Assembly: GCA_051294905.1 (NCBI GenBank)
Contig: CM119384.1
Coordinates: 18,228,001 to 18,292,000, forward strand
From: Botryllus schlosseri
Taxonomy: Eukaryota
Direction of reading: 5' to 3'
Length of the DNA stretch: 64,000 nucleotides
Shown: piece by piece, positions 1 through 11,462 of the stretch
How the letters are laid out: the number at the start of each line of letters is the position of its first letter
How positions within the stretch are numbered: the stretch's first letter is position 1
Notes under the pieces: generated by a model
What the model was told of the DNA's origin: nothing
What the model saw: the letters and a program-made list of their open reading frames with translations, nothing else
Database searches by the model: none
Translations under genes and position numbers: made by a program

Positions 1-232
1 TAGCTCTAATTCTAATTTTAATTTAATCTGGAAAAAGCTTAGTAGCTCTAATTCTAATTCTAATTTAATTTGAAAAAAGCTGTGTAGCTCTAATTCTAAT
101 TCTAATCTAATTTGGAAAAACTGTGGAGCTCTAATTCTAATTCTAATCTAGTTTGAAAAAAACTGTGGAGCTCTAATTCTAATTCTAATTCTAATTCAGA
201 AAAGCTAAAAATTTTCTAGTTGTCCAAGTCTG
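1..232. repeat. Tandem ~42-bp (CTAATT-rich) array, probably the subterminal array of a MITE truncated by the window start
   Basis: About 4.5 copies of tagctctaattctaatt(ct)aat..gaaaaa(g)ctgtg, ending in TTGTCCAAGTCTG at 232 (a CAG-type terminus on the minus strand). Confidence 0.75.
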
Positions 233-619
233 GTTTTTATGATACAGTATACATATGTAGTCAATATTGACCCCGTACGCCTGCTAGATTTTTACATCAG
301 AAGACGATAACAATCTCATTGATTGGTTGAATAAGGATCATTCGCTGACAAAATACAGTGTATTTCGCTCTTGATTTCATGTGATTGAGGGTCAAGCTCA
401 CAGCACAGAGACACTATAAATATGCACAAACGGAAAGCTGGATATTTTGAGCAAACTTTTGTAACAATACAAGTAAATCTTCGAGATTGTCAAGGGCGGC
501 ATGCTCGTTTAGTGTTGAATATTTATACTGCCAGCTCCATGCATAAAGTAGCCCGCAGTTGAAAATCAATAAATTTGAACCAAAGATGTTATAATGAAGT
601 GAAAATTGCAATATATGAA

Positions 620-730
620 AAAGGTTCACAGTGCAGAACCTACCAAGGTTCTGTTGTGAACGCGAACCTCAAATTTTCCGAGGTTCACACACAGAACGCG
701 AACGTGAACCTCACGTTCACACCATCCCTA
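620..730. mobile_element. MITE terminal fragment with GGTTCAC/GTGAACC subterminal motifs
   Basis: Clustered aggttcac/gtgaacc/gcgaac motifs ending in CCATCCCTA (a TAGGG-type terminus); partner end not found. Confidence 0.35.
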
Positions 731-1086
731 TTGGTTACAACCCTGATAGCGATGAAGCATTACACTAGGCAACAACGAAAAAAAAATTAGGCAGACCATC
801 TGAGAGCCGTTTCTGGGGTTTTCGAGGTTGCTGATTACGAATATCACATTAGTTTTGTCAGATTGGTTCTTTGTCAGAAAATACTTACACCCAAAAAAAT
901 CCTAAAATTACTGTAATTACCCCTAAATATTTCACTTGGTTTGAAGAAATTCGTAGTTTTTTCAAGTTCTACACTGCGCATAATAGCTAATTGACTATGA
1001 AGAACCCTGATGTCATTCCAAGTCATTCTATCAATATTAACAGAATATGATGTGAAATATTTGTTTGTCAAAAAAGCAGTTTGTCA

Positions 1087-1690
1087 AGCCTAAAAATAGT
1101 ACTTTTGCACAACGGGAATACACATTCTCCTGTATCTATTGGTCATTCTACCAAGACTATAGAGGAGTATAAAGCTGTAACATTTGTCCTTGAAAGCCTT
1201 AACTACAATACTCATATGCATTTCAATTCTATTGACTGGTAAATGGATAAATTTCCACCGAGTCAACAAAGTGGGTATACCTAGTATCGCTATCAAACGA
1301 GAATCTTAAATCTGGTATCTGGTATATTCGAATACCGATGAAAGATTCTAATTTCCAATTAGCAAGGAGTTGACTGCATGTGATTTCTCCTAAGATGTAG
1401 TAAATAAAACTTTTTAGATGATCACAAAGCACACAGCTGCAAACAGTTGGTTCGAAAATTCGTATCTGCATACCGAAAACTTGAGCACAAACATTAGCAT
1501 AAAAGTTCTCTTCCTGTTCAGTCATCTTGATATATTTACTGATTTCCTTTTTGATTAGCAAGGGTAGAGGTTCTACCAAGACACCAGACTAACAAACGAA
1601 AGATATCAGGACAGATGAGATGAACAATTGAACATATTATGTCAGACCATTGCCGGAACCTTTCGAGAAACTGCACTGAATAGCTTACAG
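1087..1690 (+). pseudogene. Degenerate Chapaev-type transposase
   Basis: Manual translation across stops/frameshifts: SLKIVLLHNGNTHSPVSIGHS..QQSGYT*, NFLDDHKA..LVRKFVSAYRKL, NISIKVLFLFSHLDIF, QG*RFYQD..ERYQDR*D..MSDHC. These resemble the Chapaev motifs SLKAVLLHNGN / MSxKxHFLxSHLD / QGERFHQD / MxDYCW. Confidence 0.85.
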
Positions 1691-1869
1691 GCGAAAATCG
1701 TACAAAAAACAATTGTGATTTAAAATATACCAATAATATTATATTCCAACTGATTATTTCATATTTACAATAGGTGGTTGACGTAAAATTGATTGAATTA
1801 ATGACACGTTATTTGATTATCCAGGTAAATACTTATGCACATGACTGGGGTTTATTTATGTACATGATG

Positions 1870-2844
1870 CAGTGTTGGGATCAAGTCACTACCTTCGAGT
1901 CACGAGTCATTTCGAGTCATTGCACATTTTGACTCGAGTCAAGTCAAGTCAATCGATTTTCGAAGGTGACTCGAGTCAAGTCAAGTCACTCGATTTTTGG
2001 AGATGACTCGAGTCAAGTCGAGTCAAGTCAAGTCAAGTCACGAGTCAAGTCAAAATTCAAGTCAAGTTGCCTTTTCGAAGTATAAAGCATGGTTACGTCA
2101 TTATATTTCGCCAGCTGTCTGAATTACAAATTAATTGGTCATTGATTCGGAACCGACGAACGAATATAGAGATAAATATACATGCAATAAGGGGCTGTAT
2201 CGCTTACATATGCGTAGAACTGCTAAACTGCGTAAGTAATTGCATAGCCTCAGTTAATAGTTACCAGCCAAAATAAATAATAAAGAAACGAATTGATAAG
2301 ATGCAATACATTACCCATTTATACATATTGATATGATACAATTCGTGTCTGCGCCAATGGTTGAGGAATATATAAACTCTATTCGATTTTAATTTCTAAA
2401 TAAAATAAAAGGTTCGGTTAAGGTAAGAACAGAGAACAGCAAGAGATATTTTGGTATTAAACTACTTGACTACTAGTTTACGACAACGTAAGCTGTAAGC
2501 TTCGATCGCTTCGTTTGTGGTCAATATATTTGTTGGAGAATAGTGTAGGCTCAGTAAAACACACGATCACTGAATGATTGGTCGCTCTCACGAGTTACGC
2601 CAGCGTTTGACGAACAATCCGAACATGCAAGATACAGTGATTTTTATCGTCACCGAATGCTTGATGACTTGAAATTGACTCGTGAATTTTGCTCCGAGTC
2701 ACGAGTCAATCCATATTTTTGATACGCCGAGTCAAGTCAAGTCAAGTCATTTTACCAAAGTGACTCGAGTCAAGTCAAGTCATACCAAAAAGTTGACTCG
2801 AGTCTGACTCGAGTCAAGTCATGACTCGAGTCATCCCAACACTG
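1870..2844 (+). mobile_element. hAT-type MITE (family A, GACTCGAGTC/CAAGT subterminal arrays)
   Basis: TIR CAGTGTTGGGAT / ATCCCAACACTG; perfect 8-bp TSD ACATGATG (1862-1869, 2845-2852). Confidence 0.93.
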
Positions 2845-3300
2845 ACATGATGTCCGTGAAAGTATGTAACTATGATAAATCTACTACCCCTAAATATAGT
2901 ACTGTTGCTGCATTTTGATTTAAAAGAGTCTTCTGTGTGTAAAAATAACAAGTAGATTGAATTTCTAAACTTTATAGTACGACTGAGCCATTTTATATCT
3001 AGTCATCATTGCGAAAATGGGGGATTTTGGTCAAAATAGCCCCATGGGTTATCTCCGCAACAAGAGCCAATTTGAAAAAACTAAGGTCATATTCGGAATC
3101 GGTGCCCTTCAGAACCTCCAAACCCACTCTTACTTTGTCTGCCTGAAAATACTTGTTGACCAGTGTTATCAATTACAAATTTCCAAACTGTTGTAGGTTT
3201 ATTATCAACTCGAGATAGGTTTATTATCAACTCGAGATAAGTGACTTGGAAATAAAGTGGTCATTTTTGCCAAAAATAGAGTGGTCATTTTAACGTCAAG

Positions 3301-3801
3301 TTACGTGAAATAGTTCGCAATAATTTCATTTCTGCAAGCCTGGCCTGATAAGCTCGGTGGTATGGCGCTGTGATCTCTATCATCTTGAGTATCATCGTCA
3401 TTTTCGCCTGGATCAGGGCAAGGTTCGCCAGTCTGTATTCCATAGTTGTGAAGACATACAGTGGCAACTATTGCTGGGATGGTGTTCTCCAGGTTCATTT
3501 GCATAGGTATATGCAGCATATGAAATCTTCGCTTGAGCATCCCAAAACTCTGCTCAATGCGAGCATGTGTTTTGATGTGGGCAGAGTTATATATTTCCTC
3601 TGGCTCGGTTGTGGGGTTTAGGAGTGGTGTCATGAGATAACGTCTGCAAGGGTATCCATTATCTCCTAGCAACAGTCCGTCATATTTGCCATTCTCAAAG
3701 TTGTCTCTCAGTACGCTATGTTCGAATATTCTTGAATCATGTGCAGATCCGGGGTATCGAATAACAATATTTGCAATCGCGTGATGTGCGTTACACACCA
3801 T
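3301..3801 (-). CDS. PIF/Harbinger (HARBI1-like DDE) transposase, C-terminal half
   Basis: Open frame MVCNAH..YPGSAHDSRIF..LLGDNGYP..YLMTP..YNSAHIKTHARIEQSFGMLKRRF..LHN; carries the second D and the E of the DDE triad. The ORF-track N-terminal MGAAERLAGGRGWESL is hAT TIR sequence. Confidence 0.93.
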   Translation of the reverse strand: MVCNAHHAIANIVIRYPGSAHDSRIFEHSVLRDNFENGKYDGLLLGDNGYPCRRYLMTPLLNPTTEPEEIYNSAHIKTHARIEQSFGMLKRRFHMLHIPMQMNLENTIPAIVATVCLHNYGIQTGEPCPDPGENDDDTQDDRDHSAIPPSLSGQACRNEIIANYFT

Positions 3802-3807
3802 CTGGAC

Positions 3808-5751
3808 CAGTGATTCCCAACCGCGGCCCCCTGCTAGCCTTTCTGCGGCTCCCACAAAAATATTGAGAAATCGATTTACGAAAAAATATTATTTATAAAA
3901 TACTTTTGCTTGGCTTGGAGTCTGGAGTTTTCAATTAGGATTGCAGGGAAGTTGTGAGTAGACTGCTAAGATTACGTCACTGCTTTTACAATGCAATGTG
4001 CCCTAACTTTCCAGTTGAACGAGCAGTACCTATAGATATAGGTATTGACAGGACCGTAACTGCCGCACCCCAAGTCCCTCAATTGGGGGGAACGAGCTCG
4101 AAGAGGGCCAAAAATTATTTAGTGAATTAGCATGAATTATAGAGTATTTTATGAAATTTTATGCAACTTTTTCAAATTTTTTTTGCGCGCTGCGCGCGAT
4201 TTCAGGTTTCCAAGTAGGCTACCTTCATTTTGGGATACTCTTCCACCGAGATAAAATACGCAAGATTTATAGAAGTGGGCATATCGACGTTGGCCATTAC
4301 CGCGTCACGATGCACGAAGACATATAAAGTTTCAGGCCATATAACATGCGACTCCAAGAAGTGTGCCAGAACGATCGACAGCGAGAAAACCTTGGCCGAA
4401 AAGGACTGCCCTTACGCTGACCGGTAACTTCGTTATGTATATACAAAATACATACAGGTATAATTGATCATAGGCGCCTAAATGACTGGGGCCGAATATT
4501 CCTGTCTTGGCAATCTGAACCTCAGGAGACAAATAGGCTACCATCCCACAGGGAAGAATTGCCAGTGAAGAACTACCAATTTGAAATCGTGTGCATCTTT
4601 TAGTTTAGTACGTTTGGGCGATTCTATATTTTTTGATATAGCAGACTGGAGGTCACGAAATAACATCATGTAACGAAGTCGTACCAACGGGTCCGTCCGT
4701 CCGAGTATGTTTAATTAATATTTACGGGCCCTGAAGTTTCCAAGACACCTCACTCAGCTCTACCGGTAAATCTAATTACGTGAGCAGAGAGGATAAGTAA
4801 TTGATAGCAATATATATGCAATTCCCGATCTTATTGACCAATTTTATTTTGAATTATCGAATATTTTCGCGCTCCACGCTGGCTCACTAAACGGTGATCC
4901 TGATTTCGTGGCAGAAGCGAACAACGTGACGGGGGGTTGGTTTATCACCCTATGGGAGCTCAAGACCCAAGTGTTTTGAGGGGCCTGACGAAGAGCTGTT
5001 TCGTTCCTGCCAACGGGTATACGCCCGAAGATGTTTAATTGTTATTGAGTGGTCCTACCTTTTCAAACACAACTCACTCGGCTCAACCGGTCAATCTGAT
5101 TACGTGAGGAGGGGGAGGATAAAAATTGATACCAATATATTTTCAATTCCCGATTATATTGACCGATTCGATCATGAATTATAGAAAATTTTAGTCGAGA
5201 GAAGCAGCCGAAAATGGACGCCCGATTTAGATGATAAATAGCGGTAAACAGCCATCTAGCCCGAGGGTGCGAACAGCAACGTTTGGGGGGGGGGTCTGAC
5301 AAAATGCTGTTACGGCCCTGGGTATTGATAACTAATTTACGGATAGATGTGAAACAAGTGACTCACGATTAAATGCGCCGAGATGCGTACTGCTTAGCCG
5401 GCAAAAACAGCATAATTGGTAGTCCTATAGCTCGCGACCCGAGCGTCCGAATAATTTGATATGACGGTGTTTATCGAGAGGAGGTGTCGCACTGATTCCA
5501 AAAATACGAATTGAAATCTCGCCAGTGCAATAAAACTACTCCGAAATAGCCAGCAAAGGTTGATTGTTCTGAACAACGGGAGCGCGGCAACACAATGGCC
5601 AATGGCGTCAAGCGAATGATCGGAACAATGCGAATTTTCATATTTTGGTGACTATTTTGGGTTCCTTTCATTGCCCTGTATTCGTGCGGCCCCGACCGTA
5701 CTCTGAAATTCTAAATTTGGCCCTGACACCGAAAAAGGTTAAGAACCACTG
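3808..5751. mobile_element. Non-autonomous hAT (Buster/Charlie-type termini) element interrupting the Harbinger transposase
   Basis: Termini CAGTGATTCCCAACC / GGTTAAGAACCACTG; flanks atctggac and aattctggac approximate an 8-bp TSD. Confidence 0.85.
4049..5320 (+). mobile_element. hAT-type MITE (family B) nested in the previous element
   Basis: TIR CAGGACCGTAAC / GTTACGGCCCTG; perfect 8-bp TSD GGTATTGA (4041-4048, 5321-5328); internal diverged ~320-bp duplication (about 4690-4870 vs 5010-5190). Confidence 0.9.
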
Positions 5752-5755
5752 AATT

Positions 5756-6301
5756 CTGGACGTTCAGCGAGAAGTAGCCTTTGCGATTTCGAAATACCTC
5801 AGCATCTGGGCCTCCTGGAGACACAATGGGGATGTGAGTCCCGTCAATGCAACCTATGACTCCAGGAAACCCAGCGATTGCATAAAATTGTTCCTTCAAC
5901 GTGTTGATTTTGCCTGGGTGGCCTGAGATGAACAATTTTCGATTTCTTGCGATGCTTCTGCTGATCCTGTGGATGCTGCGACGAGCTGTATGACGCGATA
6001 TATCAGCCAGATCGCCATCTGTTATCTGAAAATGCCCCGCAGCGAAGAAGCGAAGAGTGCAGGTTAGTCGCAGTAACGGGTGCAGTGAGTGAGACCGGAC
6101 GTTGAGGGATTCGTCCGAACGAATCATATCGAAGAGGTTTTTGACGCCTTGTTTACTAAAACGGTGCCTATATTTGAATTTCTGCTCATTGTAAAATGAG
6201 AATGGATCCATCACGTCCACCAAATACCTTTTTGGTATGCAGGCACTAGTGGTGGTATGTTGTTCCTCTACTGACGATACGCTATTATCAGCACTCATCA
6301 C
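5756..6301 (-). CDS. PIF/Harbinger (HARBI1-like) transposase, N-terminal half
   Basis: Open frame ..FRFSK-like HRFSK..LRFFAAG..GFPGVIGCIDGTHIPI..FRNRKGYFSLNVQ; joins the C-terminal half in frame (NVQ|MVC) once 3808-5751 is removed. Confidence 0.93.
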
Positions 6302-6654
6302 GAACAGTGGCTGATCGGCAATAAAATGGATCCGGCCTTCCCGAGTTTTCAGTATTTAGCGCGACGCTGAAAAGTCATTGTTTCGTCATTTTTCCTCGTG
6401 GAAATACGTTATGACATCTGCCAAACTGGTTTTACAAAACTCAGCTTATGTTGCGTTATCTCGAGACATTGATCAGCGTTTAATGGGTGCCTAAAATCTC
6501 CGTTTGTTCAAACACCGTTTATCACACAAACGAAGTTTAACTAAAGCAAATTTTTTGATCTCCACCCTAAACCTAAATGTGCTAGTCTGGCTGAAATTCT
6601 CGAAATGGAAGAGAATATGAATCGATTCAAGCGTCAAGTGACTCACTGTCCAGG

Positions 6655-7430
6655 ATGACTACTGAAAGTAATGGCAGTGGAATGTACAATGACAATATAG
6701 ACACGATAAAGAAAGGTAAACGATGTACAAACTGTGGCCTAAATCACAGACCGAGAGGTTGCCCTGCATATAATGCCACTTGTGATCGTTGTGGTAAATT
6801 TGGCCTCTGGATAAAAACCTGCAAACATGCTCAAAATGAACGCGATGAATCTGCAGAAGAGCAAGACAGTGAACAGCAATTTTAAAGAAAATACCACAGA
6901 AACAAAAGATCGAAGAGTTATCACAATGAGATACAGCTGGACAGTGATGATGAAGCTGGAATTGAGTTCCACCATATATTGAACAATGACATTGCATGTT
7001 ATGAGGACTGTAAAGAGGTCAATATACCTCTGTTGATGAAACAAACAGAGTCAAAAGTAACTGGCAAACTCTACTCCAAGCTGGACCCAGGAGCTGGTGG
7101 TAACACTTTACCAATACGAACATATAAACAGATGTTTGGCAGCAAGCCATATGCTGAAATCCTACAAGACGAACCTAACGTTGGATTGACAGGATACTCC
7201 GGTACGAAACTTGTTTGCCATGGCTCAATAACGTTATCAATAAGAAAGAAAACTGATCACAAACCGGTTGAGCTCAAGTTCTACGTTGTGGATGTGCCCG
7301 GACCAGTAGTTCTTGGGTTACCAGGTTGTTTGAAACTAGACCTTATCCAGTTTAATATCGCAGTCCTGACTACGTCTACCAATATGTGCGACTTTGTACC
7401 TATCGTGCACCTGATCAGACATTACCGAAC
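6655..7430 (+). mobile_element. Gypsy/Ty3-like gag-protease fragment (decayed, no LTR found)
   Basis: Twin zinc knuckles CTNCGLNH..CPAYNATCDRCGKFGLWIKTC, then after a stop an aspartic-protease-like KLDPGA (LDTGA) ..LTGYSG..FYVV..VVLGLPGCLKLDLI. Confidence 0.85.
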
Positions 7431-8538
7431 AAATTCTCCGGAATTATCTCCGATGACGTATAACGCACAAAACCTGCTTACATATTACTATTAGTATTTT
7501 CAACAATATCAATCAGAAACAACCATAATAATACATCCAGTTTAATGTTCATTTTCCATCATTTTCCGACCAACTTGTCGATCACTGCTTATTATAACAC
7601 CGAATACCTTCGAAACTAGCAGCTCTGCGTAATCAATTTGCAGATCCATACAGTACATTAATGCCCGATACACCTAATGACACCATTAGTCCGCCCTGTA
7701 TATATATGTAAGAGTCAATGTATCGATAAGCTACAGTATTTACATCACGGCCAGCGCTCGTCTACTATCATAATAATGCATGTTTCAGCATAAGCAGAGT
7801 TGTACGATGCACACTTGCACAGCTAAAGAGCCACACGGGATGATATTCTGTGATAATATAGCTCTATACCAAATTTCCTGTTAAGGACAGTAGAGCATAT
7901 GTGCGATGGCAATAAACAATTATTACTTCTTAACACTACGCTGTAAAACGCTGATAACTTCCTTTTAATAGTTTCAACAGCTACAAGTATATCAGCAAAG
8001 AGACCGGCGTGTCTGTGCGATGCGTGCTCTTCGGCCTCTGGTTCGTTTTTAGTAATATTTTCCTCGATTCAACACACTGCAAGATTGCGATAAATGAAAT
8101 GAAGTGTGGTTCTTGCCAAAGAAACTTTCCCACTTTCATCTCAGCACCAACTAAACAATGATAAGAATATTATGATTTGCCCAAATATTAACATCACAAT
8201 CATTAGTATGTAATGCACCGAACTATGCGTGCTTCTGGCATATATACATTATACATATACATGCATCGCACACATCTATACATAGCTTTTGTCTTGAGTT
8301 GAGTAGCTCTTCACCTTTTTCCTTCAGCAACGGTCTCATGAACTTTCATGGTGTGATGCCCCCCTCATATTTTTAGGGTTGTACTATACAGACTATGCGG
8401 TAAATGTCGAAGTCTCGTCTATTTTGCAGAGTTTGGCCTTCACTATTGGATTTTATGCGCTTGAATGGCATCCGATTGCCACCCAAAGAATTACCTATTT
8501 AATAATTGTATGTACTATTTTCGGGATCAAATCATGAT

Positions 8539-9470
8539 CAGGACCGAAACATCACTTCGTCAGTCCCCCCCAAAACGTTTGTCTTGAGTCCCCCATAGGG
8601 CGATAAACTAAACTTCTGGAGGGCTTCGGCCTCAGACTTCCCATCAGGATATAGCCTACTGCGATTCAACGCGAATTTGTTATCCCAATTCACCAGCATA
8701 TTATCGCCTAATCGTGAGAAGCGCGAAAATTTTCTATAAATTCAGAGTTGGATCGGTCAATAATATCAGGAATTGCATACTTATTGATATATATTTTATA
8801 TCCTCTCTCTGCCCACGTAATGAGATATACCGATAGAGCTGAGAGAGGTGTTGTCCAGGAAAATTTTAAGCCCATAAATATTAATTAAATTAATGATTTG
8901 GTTACATGGTGTTTTTTCGTGACCTCCTGTCTGCTATGTCAAAAGATAATGATATTGCCTAAACTTACTGAACTAAAAGACGCGCACGATTTCAAATAGG
9001 TATTTCTTCACTGGCAAATAATTTTTCTCTGCGGGATGGCATTTGTCTTGTGGGGTTCAGATTGCCAAAACAGGAACATGTGGCGCCAACGATTCAGGCA
9101 CCTGTGGATAATTAAACATATATGCATTGCATATATATCAAAGATTTTGGTCAGTCTATAAGGGCAGTCGTTTTCGGCCAAAGATTTCTCGCTGCCGAGT
9201 GCCGATCGTTCTGGCACATCTTCTCGGAGTCGCATGCAACATGGTCTAAAACTTTTGGTGCGTTGTGCTCGGTAATGACCGATGACGAAATGCCCTTTAC
9301 TATAAATCATCCGTGTTGCTTCTTGGAGGAAGGTTACCCAATAATACATCTAGCATCAATAAATCGCGCATGGCGCGAAAAATTGAATTAAGTTGCATAA
9401 ATTTTCGAATAAAATACTCTATAATTTATGTTCATTCACGAAATAATTATCCGCACCCCGATTCCACCTC
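8539..9470 (-). mobile_element. Family B MITE, reverse orientation, one end lost
   Basis: CAGGACCGAAAC terminus at 8539; reverse complement of the block shared with 4049-5320 and 52034-52897 (spurious peptide ERSxLxSEKxLAEKDCPY in all three). Confidence 0.8.
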
Positions 9471-9772
9471 CGTGATTGCCGATATGGGGAGGTTGTGTGG
9501 GGTTTTGGAGAGAGCTCGTCAGTAACGTATACGTATACTATAGTACTTCTACCTTATCGAAGTCAGGAATACATATCCCTGTTAAAACCACTTTTTATAA
9601 CTCTGTTTAGTGATGTCGAACGGTTCGCATTTAAAAGATTCTAATTCTGCTCACTTTCCACAGTTTCTGGCCGCATTTCCAAATGTCAGTACCAATAGAC
9701 GAAATGCCAACAGTATATTTATTATACTATTCTTAGAAATTACAATGAAACGTCGGTCTTGGCCGTCTGAGA

Positions 9773-9949
9773 GTCGAGTCAAATGACTTGGCCCGAGTCA
9801 TGCGCAATGACTCGATTCCTACTCGAGTCAATGCACAGATTGACTCGAGTCGAGTCGAGTCATTTACGTATTTTCAGAAAATGACTCGAGTCAAGTCGAG
9901 TCATCAGAAAATCGCGACTCGAGTCGGGACTCGAGTCATTACAAGCCTG
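9773..9949. mobile_element. MITE end with GACTCGAGTC arrays (relative of family A)
   Basis: Dense gactcgagtc/gagtcgagtc motifs ending in CATTACAAGCCTG. Confidence 0.7.
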
Positions 9950-10392
9950 TTATACCCACGGTTAAGACTATTCATGAGCTTCGAGCGGGTTAGCTTCGGT
10001 CAGCATGTGTCGGTAAATTTGGGCCAAATTTTTATCTCCGCCAATCTTTTAGCGCTGTTGTATGTCGGCCGAAAGCTGAGACGTCATGACCTGTCTTTTG
10101 GCGGTAAAGTCCCACAAGAAAATGGTAATGCCAAATGCCAATAGTCCCACACCTAGACCAGTGGTTCTTAACCGCCACCTGCGCTATTGTTAAGCTAATG
10201 TACAAGCCTTCCGGGAACACGAAATTTCTGCGGAGTCACAAAAACAAAATTCTACCATACGGCCGCAGATTGACCAGCCTAACCATGATATTGAGAGATA
10301 ATAAAAGTAGACGTATCTTATCTCGTTCGTATTGTGAATGTATTATTATCTTTTTGCCGCAATGAAATTCATATTGACATTCGATGCTACTG

Positions 10393-10400
10393 TGACGTCA
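10393..10400. promoter_or_regulatory. CRE (ATF/CREB) consensus site TGACGTCA
   Basis: Perfect palindrome 167 nt upstream of the module ATG; positionally conserved in the other copies. Confidence 0.5.
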
Positions 10401-10559
10401 TAATAATTGAGAATTTTTTCCACTCAGCCGTCCTAGCGGTTTTTGTAATGTTATTGTATCATGACATGTGCATAAACTGCATATCCTTGGAATGTATCAC
10501 GAAACTCTCTATTGATAAACAGGTCATCTATTCGATCGAAAAGATCGTCTGGTCGTATT

Positions 10560-10576
10560 ATGGATGCTGAAGACAG
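10560..10576 (+). CDS. Candidate alternative first coding exon (MDAED, phase 2)
   Basis: ATG + 14 nt + GTAAG donor, same length and phase in three copies. Confidence 0.5.
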
Positions 10577-11032
10577 GTAAGCAATTTTCTTGGTGAAAAA
10601 TCGGGATATACTAGAGTGAATTTTTTATTATGACACCTCCAAAAAATCATATTATCCCTTAATTTTCTTCAATGTGTCATCGAATAGCTATACTTTCAAT
10701 GAGACACCGGTGTCGACATATAATCACTTCATCATCAATGGTTATTGAATGCTTAATTGCTTATGGTCATAATAAATAATAATGGTCTATAACAGTTACT
10801 TACGCAGTTACATAGCAGCCTAATGGCGCTTATTGCTCTGCGCCATGGGCGACAGGCTGCTAGGAGGCAGCAAAATGTGAGGTGATGACCTTTTTTTAGT
10901 AAACACAACAAAATTTCCAGTAAATATAATTGAAAAGATTGGAACTTTCAAAATTTGGTCGGCATTTTCAACGAAAGCAATGGACGGCAGCATATGCTTC
11001 TACGCCACTGTACAAGTGTACACTGTACACTA

Positions 11033-11462
11033 AGTCTCTTCAAAAATGACTTTTTTTCTCAAATCGTACTGGCTACTTGATAAAATTGTTAGGTTACCTA
11101 ATTACGCATACACACCAAATTTGGTTCAATTCCAACCAGTAGCCGCATTGCTACAGGAGAAGATAGTTTCTATTTATTATATAAAAATAAATAGCTAAAA
11201 ATTTGAAAATTTTCTGTTCACCCCAAGAAAGTGTTAGGTTGTGTACACAAACGATGCTCACCAAATTTGGTTCAATTCCAACCAGTGGAAGTGGAGTTAC
11301 GGCCGTCGAAGAATTTGGATTATGAATAAAATAGTATTTACGGTGACCAATTCTTTAATTATTTATTATAGTGGTGCCCACCGTAAATACTATTTTATTC
11401 AAATCCAAATTTTTCGACGGCGATAACTCCTCTTCCAAAAAAGGTCATTTTTGAAAAGCCCT
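11033..11462. mobile_element. Palindromic MITE with a central ~140-bp hairpin
   Basis: Terminal IRs ..TTCAAAAATGACTTTTTT / AAAAAAGGTCATTTTTGAAA; 11292-11345 is the reverse complement of 11373-11432. Confidence 0.7.

Larger units (their letters stand above)
763..3165 (+). mobile_element. Chapaev3-like (CMC superfamily) DNA transposon, internally deleted relic, interrupted by a MITE
   Basis: Imperfect TIRs CACTAGGCAACAA (763) / TTGTTGACCAGTG (3165) with 3-bp TTA on both sides (760-762, 3166-3168), matching the TWA TSD known for Chapaev3; internal transposase motifs present. Confidence 0.85.
10040..10745 (+). repeat. Promoter/first-exon module, copy 1
   Basis: Aligns by eye with 13810-14590 and 20100-20455; contains TGACGTCA (10393-10400), ATG GAT GCT GAA GAC AG|gtaag (10560-10576) and the dyad GACACCGGTGTC (10703-10714). 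Confidence 0.8.

Noticed and set aside
4230-4427. Recurrent peptide ..SEKTLAEKDCPY at 4230, 9008 and about 52340 as a gene family
   Set aside because: All three lie inside copies of MITE family B; frames and stops are not conserved.
9788-10144. 118-aa ORF with TRV repeats
   Set aside because: Derived from GACTCGAGTC MITE arrays.
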